Positions 22,992-33,530 of a stretch of DNA of 64,000 nt are shown piece after piece. Below the pieces are notes generated by a model. The model was not told the origin of the DNA, made no database searches, and worked only from the letters and a program-made list of their open reading frames with translations. Every line of letters begins with the position of its first letter. Position 1 is the stretch's first letter. This DNA is from Macrostomum lignano (taxonomy: Eukaryota), in NCBI GenBank assembly GCA_002269645.1, contig NIVC01000639.1, positions 376,153-440,152 of the forward strand, read 5' to 3'. A program made the position numbers and the translations under genes.

Positions 22992-25900
22992 GGAAGGCAG
23001 GCAGATAGACAGACAGACAGACAGAGACAGACAGACAGACAGAGACAGACAGACAGGCAGACAGACAGGCAGACAGACAGGCAGATAGACAGACAGATAG
23101 ACAGACAGACAGGCAGATACAGACAGGCAGACAGACAGACAGACAGACAGACAGGCAGACAGACAGACAGAGAGACAGACAGGCAGACAGGCAGGCAGGC
23201 AGGCAGGCAGACAGAAAAACACTCAGTGTCACAAACCCGGCGGCGGGCTGCACGCTGGCACAGCAGAGCACCACGAAGGCCACGCAGCGGGTCAGATCGT
23301 AGGGCAGCAGCCGCCAGCGCAGCAGGTCCGGGCAGCCGAGGCCCCGCTCGTGCAGCTGGTCGAAGTCCAGCAGGCCGGGGCGCAGCGGCTCCGGGGTTGG
23401 CGGCAGCCGCAGGTCCGGGGCGGCCCGCTTCAGCAGGGCGTGCACCCGGCGCACCCGCTTGTCGCAGAACTGTGCGTAGCCGAGCAGCAGGAACAGGTCC
23501 ACCCGGCGGCCGCGCTGCCGCCGCTGCTCCGGCAAGTCCTCGTCCTCCGCCTTCTCTTCCGCGGCTGAGGTTGGCGGCTCCACAACCAGCAGCAGGCGGA
23601 GGTTCGGCCACGGCCGGGCCAGCCAGAGGCCTTCGAACTGGCGGTCGGAGGTGCTGGCCAGCAGGCCGGAGACCAGCTCGTTCAGGCGGTAGTCGGCCAG
23701 GGCCCGCTGGGAGCTGCGAAATGGAAACATATGCACATGGGGTCACTGAGCTGCTGATCAAGGAGGGCAGTCGAAAAGGTGCAAGACGATGAAATTGATG
23801 GAGTTGATGAGCGAGGTGCAGAGATGATGAAGATCGGTGCGGATGTTCCTTGCCAGTCTGGCGAGTTGAGAGGTGGCATGGCACGGATGTTTGGGGATGG
23901 GAACCAAATTCAGGCCACATGATTTCGTCGTGATTCCACCCATCTCCGGATGGTCAAGCGCCTGGAACTTCCTCAAGGAAGGCTCGTTATCATCGCATGG
24001 CGGCTGGCGCAGCGTTTTGCGTTACCTGCTGCAGTAGGGGGGGAGGACTCACGACTAAAAGGTCGGGGGTTCGATTCTCGACCCACTCAGAACAATTTGT
24101 GTCCTTGAGCAAGACACTTAACTCTGCATTGCTCTACTCAAGATCTGCTGTTTTACACTTGATGAGATTTGATGAGATCCGGCATTGATAGAAGACTAAC
24201 CCTTACCTGAACTCCTCCACGCTCAGTGGCGCGGCCGGCTCCTCGTCACCTGAGGAGCCGCCGACTTCCTCGCCGTCGCCCTCTTCATCCTCGTCGTCGT
24301 TGTCATCTTCGTCCGCCGCGCCGCCGTGTCTGTCGCGACGTCCACCGAAGCCAAGGCCGAAGTCGAGGCCTTCAAAGCTGCCAGCAGCTCCTCCGCCAGC
24401 AGCCTCGACGCCGCCTTCGGATTCGTTCCGCCGGCGCTGCTGCAGCCTCAGCAGCTGCTTCTCGTCATCGAATCCGTAGCTTGCCGCCGAGCGCGCAGCG
24501 GCGTCGGGATTGTCGAAGCAGTCGAAGCCGGCATCAAATTCGTCCCACTGCTCGGGAGTGGCTGAGGAGGCCTTCACGTTCAGCATGGCGAGCAGCTTGC
24601 CGAACACCGAGGCTCCGCCGGTGCCCACGATAGCGTCGGCGTCGGAAGCGGCAGAGGCAGCGGCGGTGTCGGCAGTTTCTGCTGCTGCTGCAGCGGCGGT
24701 GTCGGCAGTTGCTGCTGCTGCAGCGCCGCAGTAGTCGGTGTCGACGAGGTCGGGCTGCTCCTTGACGAGCTGATCGACAGCCGCAGGCGAAGGTTTCGAC
24801 GGCTGCTGCTCTGGCTGTAGAACTGCATCAAAGGATCAGAGAGCAGTACTGCTTGGATTGATGCGGAGAACTGGGGGGGGGGGTTGAGAAAGCAAAATGG
24901 GAATTAGGACAGACTATGAGGAATTAGAGAATACAAAAAGGGATCTGAAGAAACTACTAGGGGATTTCTGTGACTATAAATGGGGATCAGTGGCTTTAGA
25001 TGGGGATCAGTGGCTACAGATGGGGATCAGTGGCTACAGATGGGGATCAGTGGCTATAGATGGGGATCAGTGGCTATAGATCAGTGGCTATAGATGGGGA
25101 TCAGTGGCTATATATGGGGATCAGTGGCTATAGATGGGGATCAGTGGCTACAGATGGGGATCAGTGGCTAAGCGGGCAAGTGAGCAGGGAGATCTCCGGC
25201 CACTCACTCGGCTCCTCAACTGTCAGCACCTCGTGCCGCTCGGCACGGACATCGACCAGCTCCACGGGCCGGAAGCCGGGCGGCGGCCTGCCGAAGCGCA
25301 TGCCCAGCAGGCGCCTGTAGGGCTGCTGCATGAGGAAGGCGCGGCCTTCAAGGAGGCCACCGGATTCGTCCATCAGGCTGTCCAGCTGCCGCATGTAGGC
25401 GTCAGAGACTACGCAGAGGCCGCGAACGGGCCACCTGGCCTGGTCCATGGTGGCGAAGGTGGCCGGGTCATCCGCCAGGTACTTGCCCCAGGTGGTGGCG
25501 CCGCGGGGCAGCGTCATGGCCGAGCCCACCTGCGGCAGGCGGTCGCAGCCGGAGGCCGGCTCGAACAGCTCGCGGCAGAACTCGAACGAGCAGGTGAGCA
25601 TGGACAGGTAGACGGAGCTCGGGTCAGACGACTCGGCAGCGGCCAGCCCGGCCAGAAGGCGGCGGTCCCTGTCCGACGGGCGCTGCCTGGCGAACCTGGC
25701 CAGGAAGCCGGGCTTCGGGCGCACCAGGCCGCGCCGATGCAGCAGCAGGCTGGTGAGGTTCAGCGGCGCCCCGGCCGAGGACGGCGCCGTTGACGGCTCG
25801 GACAGTCGGCGCCGGATGTCCGAGTCGTCCGGACAGCAGGTGAGGGAGCCGAGACTGCGCCGGATGTAGCAGTCGGGGGGCACCGGCTGCACTGCGTTGG

Positions 25901-26048
25901 GGCCGCGCTGCTGCGATGACGGCGAGCGGCGGCGGCGGCGGCGGCGAGGCTGCGGCATCTCCTGAGAGGATGAAGCGTCGCCTGCGGGGGCAGCTGCGGG
26001 CTCGGGGGGCGGCTCAGCTGGCTGCTCTTCGTCCTGGTCTGACGACAT
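18786..26048 (-). CDS. Multi-C2H2 zinc-finger protein with a long unassigned N-terminal region
   Basis: Six exons: 26048-25208, 24822-24207, 23713-~23230, ~22860-22546, 22181-21714 and 19952-18786 (boundaries of intron 3 ambiguous). Fingers include HPCE|ACGKEFNSEYRLRVHLHNVH, CGLCGHHFKRLYLLRNHMAAVH, CEVCKKVFSSERLLAVHRQRVH, CPHCQASLKGKQNLVSHIKQIH and CGVCTLSFRMQHLLLQHRRASH. Confidence 0.82.
20239..21583 (+). mobile_element. Full-length mariner (Tc1/mariner, DD34D) transposon
   Basis: Perfect 29-bp TIRs (CGAGGTGTATTCAAAAAGTTCTTTTCGGT at 20239-20267; inverse at 21555-21583), TA target duplication on both sides, 1345 bp long, antisense within intron 5 of the zinc-finger gene. Confidence 0.97.
20425..21485 (+). 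CDS. Mariner transposase with a single 1-nt frameshift at ~21098
   Basis: HTH region followed by WVPHLL, AGDETW, LLHDNAPAH and YSPDLSPCDFFLF; the frames of 20419-21180 and 21177-21485 join if one base is added in AATGGGACTAC. Confidence 0.9.
22228..22517. repeat. 27-bp minisatellite (CCAGCAACTGAGGATCTGGGAGGCTGG) in zinc-finger intron 4
   Basis: About 11 copies. Confidence 0.95.
22865..23215. repeat. (GACA/GGCA/GATA)n microsatellite in zinc-finger intron 3
   Basis: Read directly. Confidence 0.95.
24046..24135 (+). mobile_element. tRNA-derived SINE fragment with a CORE-like segment
   Basis: B-box-like GGTTCGATTC at 24068-24077, then GTGTCCTTGAGCAAGACACTTAAC at 24099-24122, resembling the CORE-SINE segment GTGACCTTGGGCAAGTCACTTAAC. 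Confidence 0.7.
24975..25170. repeat. 20-bp minisatellite (GATGGGGATCAGTGGCTA[C/T]A) in zinc-finger intron 1
   Basis: About 10 copies. Confidence 0.93.
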
Positions 26049-26074
26049 TGCGCTGCGGGAAGGAGGAGGCGGCT

Positions 26075-26500
26075 AATGACGATTGCAGATAGGCTAATGG
26101 TGATTCCAGATAGGCTAATGGCGATTGAAGATAGACTAATGGCTATTCTAGATAGGCTAATGGTGATTCCAGATAGGCTAATGGTGATTCCAGATAGGCT
26201 AATGGCGATTGCAGATAGACTAATGGCTATTCTAGATAGGCTAATGGTGATTCCAGATAGGCTAATGGTGATTCCAGATAGGCTAATGGTGATTCCAGAT
26301 AGGCTAATGGTGATTCCAGATAGGCTAATGGTGATTCCAGATAGGCTAATGGTGATTTCAGATAGGCTAATGGTGATTCCAGATAGGCTAATGGTGATTC
26401 CAGATAGGCTAATGGTGATTCCAGATAGGCTAATGGTGATTCCAGATAGGCTAATGGTGATTCCAGATAGGCTAATGGCGATTGCAAATTGGCTAATGGC
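26075..26500. repeat. 21-bp minisatellite (GATAGGCTAATGGTGATTCCA) between NDUFB9 and the zinc-finger gene
   Basis: About 20 copies; ends ~20 bp from the acceptor at 26054-26053. Confidence 0.95.
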
Positions 26501-26931
26501 GATATTAAACGGGCTAACACAGATTTTACAAGCATATTTAGCTAATTTGACTTCTATTGAAAGCTACTGAATCTGCTAGACTGGCCATAAAAGCTGGAAT
26601 TGAGCATCCTGAATGAGTAACAAGACTAAATAGAACAAAGACAGCACGGTGGTAGGCAAGGAGCCTAATTAAGAATCCTATTTGTGTTAATAATTATATA
26701 TATTTATTTAGTATGGTTTTCACTGCGTACAATCGAATACACAGTCGTTAATAGCTAAGATGGTAAAGAATTTCCTGTTTTTCTTAAATCTACATTTTTA
26801 AGCTACTAGAAGTAGTCAGGTGGATTATTAGACACTCTTAGCCTACATAAAAGAAACTAAGCGATCTGATACGTTGGAGGGGAACAGTTGGTATCCAGCG
26901 CGGTCATCCGCACACACTGGGAGCTGGCCAG

Positions 26932-27408
26932 TCAGCCCATCGGCCCCGTCCACTCGCCGGTGTCCCTGGCGTCTTGGCCGTATTTCTGGTGCCAGCGCTC
27001 GATGTACTCCTTCTTGCGCTGCTCCCGCCTGGCAAAGTAGTCCGGGTACTGCGCCTTCTCCAGCGGGTGCCACAGGTCCAGAAGCGCGTCCGGGTAGTAC
27101 TGCCAGCGGCCGAAGGCCACGCCGCCGGGGTCGTTGGGCCAGCGGAAGGGGAAGTAAGACTTCTTGGCCTGCAGCTCCGAGTAGGCGGACTCCAGCAGAG
27201 CCTTGGCCTTGATCGGGTCCTCAACTTCGCGGTTCTCGTCGAAGCGCTGGCGCAGCAGCACGGCGTGGTAGCGGTAGTCCAGGCGCTCGTGGTGCTTGGC
27301 CCGCACCTCGTATAGGGCGGCCTTGTACAGCCGGCACACCTTCTGCGCATGCGACAGGTAGCTGGTGCGCAGGTAGGCTGGGAGCGGCGGACCGGGGAGG
27401 GTCGGCAT
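26932..27408 (-). CDS. NDUFB9: NADH dehydrogenase (ubiquinone) 1 beta subcomplex subunit 9 (LYR family), intronless CDS of 158 aa
   Basis: LSHAQKVCRLYKAAL (LYR motif)..VLLRQRFDENR..AKALL..PNDPGGVAFGR..LLDLWHPLEKAQYPDYFARREQRKKEYIERW. A CAGCAG acceptor ends at 27497. Confidence 0.95.
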   Translation of the reverse strand: MPTLPGPPLPAYLRTSYLSHAQKVCRLYKAALYEVRAKHHERLDYRYHAVLLRQRFDENREVEDPIKAKALLESAYSELQAKKSYFPFRWPNDPGGVAFGRWQYYPDALLDLWHPLEKAQYPDYFARREQRKKEYIERWHQKYGQDARDTGEWTGPMG

Positions 27409-27524
27409 GGCTGCTCAGCTGAGTCTACTGCCGATTGCTCTTTCAGCTTGGATAACTGCTAGGGCTGGGATCCGAGTGCGGCAGCCGCTGCTGCTGCTGC
27501 AGGTGGAGAGATGTGGTTGATCTA

Positions 27525-28670
27525 TCAGGTGTGGTATGGGGTCTATCAGATTGCAATACGGGATCTATCAGATTGAGGTATGGGATCTTCAGATTGGGGT
27601 ATGGGATCTATAAGATTGCGGTATGGGATCTTCAGATTGGGTATGGGATCTTATGATTGGGGTATGGGATCTTATGATTGGGGTATGGGATATTATGATT
27701 GGGGTATGGGATCTTATGATTAGGGTATGGGATTTTCAGATTGGGGTATGAGATCTATCAGATTGGGGTATGGGATCTTCAGATTGTGGTATGGGATCTT
27801 CAGATTGGGGTATGGGATCTTCAGATTGAGGTATGGGATCTTCAGATTGGGGTATGGGATCTTTAGATTGGAGTATGGGATCTTCAGATTGAGGTATGGG
27901 ATCTTCAGATTGGGGTATGGGATCTTCAGATTGGAGTATGGATCTTCAGATTGGGGTATGGGATCTTAAGATTGGGGTATGGGATCTTCAGATTGAGGTA
28001 TGGGATCTTCAGATTGGGGTATGGGATCTTCAGATTGGAGTATGGGATCTTCAGATTGGGGTGTGGGATCTTCAGATTGGGGTATGGGGTCTTCAGATTG
28101 GGGTATGTGATCTTCAGATTGGGGTATGGGATCTTCAGATTGGGGTATGTGATCTACAGATTGGGGTATGAGATCTATCAGATTGGAGTATGGGATCTTC
28201 AGATTGGGGTGTGGGATCTTCAGATTGGGGTATGGGGTCTTCAGATTGGGGTATGGGATCTTCAGATTGAGGTATGGGATCTATCAGATTGGGGTATGGG
28301 ATCTATCAGATTGAGGTATGGGATCTATCAGATTGGGGCATGGTATTTATCAGATGGGGTATGGGATCTATTAGATGGGGTATGAGATCTTCAGATTGGG
28401 GTATGGGATCTTCAGATTGGGGTATGGGATTTTCAGATTGGGGTATGGGATCTTCAGATTGGAGTATGGGATCTTCAGATTGGGGTATGGGATCTATCAG
28501 ATTGAGGTATGGGATCTATCAGATTGGGGTATGGTATTTATCAGATGGGGTATGGGATCTATTAGATGGGGTATGGGATTTATCAGATGGGGTATGGGAT
28601 CTATTAGATGGGGTATGGGATCTATTAAATGGGGTATGGGATCTTAAGATTGGGGTATGGTATCTGTCAG
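27525..28670. repeat. 21-bp minisatellite (CTTCAGATTGGGGTATGGGAT) upstream of NDUFB9
   Basis: About 54 copies with variants. Confidence 0.95.
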
Positions 28671-29184
28671 ATTGGATAAAACAACTGAAGCAATTAGGTA
28701 AATAATAAAAGTGAGCTCAAGCAGTAGGACGAAGCACTGTTAGAATCGACCTATTATTAAATCTATGCATATCAGTGCTAAAATGTACGAGCTAATGTAA
28801 TCAGTAGTCTGGCTGGACAAAAATTGAATAAAATTCGCATAGACGTCAGCCAGAACGCGGACAAGACTGGACAATGCCGGGATAGCGCCACAAACTGCCT
28901 ATGGTAGAAAACGAGTCGCAGTATCATTATAATAAAAGACACGGGTTGGCTGTAAAGGCGAAACGCCGCAATGAAGCATGGCTGCAGTGGACTAATGGCA
29001 GCCGCACATGCTACTCACAGTAATATTAGCAGCATATATGCATAAAACGAGAAATAACAGCGTATAGCAGTTTAACAACAGGATACAATGTTACAGCTCG
29101 GCAGGGCGAACAGGGTAAAACTGATAATAGGTCAATATTGAAGCTCCATCAACTAAAACGTTTTGTGTGGATTCAGCATTCTGG

Positions 29185-29826
29185 GATCTGGGAGATTTAA
29201 ATCCCAAGCTGAGGATCTGGGAGATTTATATCCCAAGCTGAGGATCGGGGAGATCTATATTCCAAGCTGAGGATCTGGGAGATTTATATCCCAAGCTGAG
29301 GATCTGGGAGATTTATATCCCAAGCTGAGGATCGGGGAGATCTATATCCCAAGCTGAGGATCTGGGAGATTTATATCCCAAGTTGAGGATCTGGGAGATC
29401 TATATCCCAAGCTGAGGATCGGGGAGATCTATATTCCAAGCTGAGGATCTGGGAGATTTATATCCCAAGCTGAGGATCTGGGAGATTTATATCCCAAGCT
29501 GAGGATCTGGGAGATTTATATCCCAAGTTGAGGATCTGGGAGATCTATATCCCAAGCTGAGGATCGGGGAGATCTATATTCCAAGCTGAGGATCTGGGAG
29601 ATTTATATCCCAAGCTGAGGATCTGGGAGATTTATATCCCAAGCTGAGGATCTGGGAGATCTATATCCCAAGCTGAGGATCTGGGAGATCTATATCCCAA
29701 GCTGAGGATCGGAGAGATCTATATCCCAAGCTGAGGATCTGGGAGATCTATATCCCAAGCTGAGGATGCGGAAGATCGATATCCCAAGCTGAGGATGGGG
29801 AAGATCTATATCCTAAGCTGAGGATC
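29185..29826. repeat. 29-bp minisatellite (CCCAAGCTGAGGATCTGGGAGATTTATAT) downstream of PPP1R2
   Basis: About 22 copies. Confidence 0.95.
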
Positions 29827-29897
29827 CAAAAAATAATATTTCCAAATGGGATCTCGGATATCTGGTGTCGCCACATCACATTTCTGTTCGACTCAGA

Positions 29898-31664
29898 TCA
29901 GCCGTCGTCGGGCCTCTCCCCGCCGGCCGAGGCCTCGCCGTCCTCGTCCTCATCGGACTGCATCCTGGCCCTGAGCACGGCCTCGAACTCGTTGTAGTGC
30001 ATCTTCCGCTTCAGCCGGAACTGCCGCCGGCGCTCTCGCTCAGCGGCGTCCAGCAGCTCGTCCTCGGCGTCCAGGTCGTGCAGGTCGGCCGGGCCGCCGA
30101 AGCCGCGTCGATTCGGCGAGGCAGACTCGCCGCCGCCAGCAGCAGCCACGGCACCGGCATCGCCGTCCTCAGCAGCCGCGGCCTCCTCGAGACGCTCCAT
30201 CAAAGCGTCTGGCGACACGGCGTCGGTGAAGCTGGTCCGGCGCTGCTGCGGCTGCTTCGCCGGCTGCTCGGAGGCCGCCGGGCAGCTCCTCGAGTCGGCG
30301 TCGCCTTCGTCGCCGCTGGCAGTCGAAGCCGCGTCGCTGGACAGCGCCGGCTCGTAAGGGGTCGGCGCTTCGTCCACCTGCCGGGGCGGTGATGCACAGA
30401 TTCATCTAGATCCCAGATTTACCTAGATCCCATACAGATTCACCTAGATCCCATACAGATTCACCTAGATCCCATACAGATTCACCTAGATCCCATACAG
30501 ATTCATTTAGATCCCATACAGATTCACCTAGATCCCATACAGATTCACCAAGATCCCATACAGATTCATCTAGATCCCATACTGATTCACCTAGATCCCA
30601 TACTGATTCACCTAGATCCCATACAGATTCACCTAGATCCCATACTGATTCACCTAGATCCCATACTGTTTCACCTAGATCCCATACTGATTCATCTAGA
30701 TCTCATACAGATTCACCTAGATCCCATACAGATTCACCTAGATCCCATACTGATTCACCTAGATCCCATACAGATTCACCTAGATCCCATACAGATTCAC
30801 CTAGATCCCATACAGATTCACCTAGATCCCATACTGATTCATCTAGATCCCATACAGATTCACCTAGATCCCATACAGATTCACCTAGATCCCATACAGA
30901 TTCACCTAGATCCCATACTGATTTACCTAGATCCCATACTGATTCATCTAGATCTCATACAGATTCACCTGGATCCCATACAGATTCACCTAGATCCCAT
31001 ACAGATTCATCTAGATCCCATACTGATTCATCTAGATCCCATACAGATTCACCAAGATCCCATACAGATTCACCTAGATCCCATACAGATTCACCAAGAT
31101 CCCATACAGATTCACCTAGATCCCATACAGATTCACCAAGATCCCATACAGATTCATCTAGTTCCTATAGACCCTCTCAGATCATAATACAGATTCCACC
31201 GATTCCCATACCCTCTCCCAAATCCCGTAAGAATCCCTCAGATCCGATACAGATTTCCCGGATCCTATAGATTTCCCAGAATCTTAGAACTTCTCAGGCC
31301 CTAAAGATTGCTCAGATCCCAGACTACACTGATCTTATAGATTCCCCAGATCCCAGTCTACCTTTATCTTATAGACTGCTCAGACCCTATGGAATCTTGT
31401 GAATTCCCAGGCACTACACACGTGACATAAGCCGACGCTCACCTTCATGTGCCCATAGTCCTTATCCGCAGGATGGTAAGTCTTCAAGATGTTCATTTCG
31501 TCCCACTGGAACTCTTTCCTGGCGTCGGTATCATCAGAGTTGCCGATAGCGGCAGCGGAACTGGCAACTTCCTGACTGTCCTCGTGCTCATCAGTGCTGA
31601 TGGATTTGCACTTGAGGATGCCCTTCTTTGGCCGGGCATTCAGCGGCGGCGGGCTGTTTGACAT
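29898..31664 (-). CDS. PPP1R2: Protein phosphatase 1 inhibitor 2
   Basis: Exons 31664-31443 and 30377-29898 (phase 0). Hallmark I-2 motifs: KKGILK, KEFQWDEMNILKTYHPADKDYGHMK|VDEAPTPY and FRLKRKMHYNEF. Confidence 0.94.
30400..31165. repeat. 21-bp minisatellite (CAGATTCACCTAGATCCCATA) filling the PPP1R2 intron
   Basis: About 36 copies, decaying into CAGATCC-rich sequence up to ~31370. Confidence 0.95.
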
Positions 31665-33384
31665 CTGACTGATTGACAATGACAGGGGAATGACAGCTGG
31701 AATGCCAGTCAGCAGGGTGACACTGCAGCAATTAGTAAGGAGGATGAAATCAACATCAACTCGCGTAGAGGTAAAGACAAGTGTGGGTTTACACTGTTAC
31801 TCGTATATAATTTCATAATGCTTCACTACCATGAAAACCTGTTTATATACTAAGAATATGATTAATATGCTGTGCTTAATTTCTAATTTTACTTTTAACC
31901 TAACCAAATTAATCAATCACGAAATGCATGTTTATGCTAGCGATGTGATATTAAAGAGCAAGATTGAGAATAAGAGTGAAATTGTATTGAAATTATCACA
32001 ATATAATCCAAAAGTACAATGTCAGCTCAAATAAGCTATTATACATTGTTGATGCACTAAAATCGTAGTTTGCTTTTTGGTGCCCTAGAGTGATTTTTGC
32101 CTTTATGCCTAACTTTTGATATGCAAGTAAAATATTAATACTTTATTTAAATACAAAACTGATAGGTCTATATTATTTTATTAAACATGTCTATTAGAAA
32201 TAGCAATTTTTTTAATTCCAAACTTTCCACCAAATGTTAAAATTGTAGACCCCAAAATCTTATAAGGCCAAGAAAATGACTGACATTAAATTGGGCAAGA
32301 TCAAACCAAAAATAAACAAAAAACCAAGAGTAGGCTAAGGTTGATACTTAACAACTAAGATTATTATAATTTATACTTAAAAATAACCATAGATGCCATG
32401 GTTTTCAAATATTAAAGTCACTAAAATATTAGTACTATGTTAATTACAATTGGCTTGTTTAAAATGTTTGCTAGAAAATTATAAAATTGAAAATCTATAT
32501 GATAGCTAAGTAGCATTACATTAGCCTAGCTAAAGATGGGAAGAAACTGAAATTTTTAACCAATTTAATTTGATTTAAATATCTGACAATCAATTCAAAT
32601 ATCAGATAATACTAAATATGGTTATATCAGTGAATAATATCTCTTTGGTAGCCTTTAACCAATAGGCCATCATCTTTACTTCTTGTTCAATTAAAATGCA
32701 TTTACCCCTCTAAGTTTGTGGGAATTAGCACCTCCACAAATCCATGCTCAACTCGATTCCTAATCTTTCACTTTTCCTTAAAGCTTCAAATCTAAGTACA
32801 ATTTACATGCAACTGCTTTTAAATCACCTCTGCCTTTCCTTAAGACATGCCATGTATTATCATTTCCTTAATTTTCTCTCCATATTTATGAGCCACAAGC
32901 TGTCCAAAACCCCTAGCACTTCACTTTGGTCTTTGACTCTTCAAACTCAAACTTCTCAGCCCTCTACTCTTTCTAAAGCCTTCATAAATCTTAACACAAA
33001 ATGATTTATTGTTATATCTCTAATCTTTTTGCCTTTCCTCAGATCACAACTATCCCTAATTCTTTTCCTTCATTTATAAGCCACAACATCAATACTTTAC
33101 TCTTAATTTGTTTCAAATAATCTTTCCACATCAAAGCAATTATTTGGTATTTCTTGTAGATTGTCAACTTTTTCATTCCAATTTGAACCAAATATTCTAA
33201 ATATTCATCCCATCTCTAAACCTAGCATAGGCCTAACTTTTTTATGGATAAAACAATATCTAAAATACTATAGTTGTTTTTTATTTATAGATTATAAAAA
33301 CCATATAACACTTTTAGAAAGAAGAGAAAGAGAAGAAAAGAAAAAAAGGCAAAAAATCATATACAAAGTGAAAATTAAGTTGCA

Positions 33385-33530
33385 ATTGGGAGAACTAAGT
33401 TGCAATCAAGAGGAACTAAGTCATAATCAGGAGGAACTATATCACAATTTGGAGGAACTAAGTCACAATCAGGAGGAACTAAGTCACAATTTGGAGGAAC
33501 TAAGTTGCAAATCTGAACAAAACTAAGTTG
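33385..33530. repeat. 21-bp degenerate repeat (GAGGAACTAAGTCACAATCAG)
   Basis: About 7 copies. Confidence 0.85.

Noticed and set aside
24046-24090. A tRNA gene at the GGTTCGATTC box
   Set aside because: There is no complete cloverleaf or A box, and it runs into a CORE-like segment, so it is treated as a SINE remnant.
1904-30392. Plus-strand ORFs overlapping GC-rich exons (e.g. 1904-2458, 25134-25793, 26974-27315, 29865-30392)
   Set aside because: These are antisense shadows of GC-rich coding sequence with no recognisable motifs.
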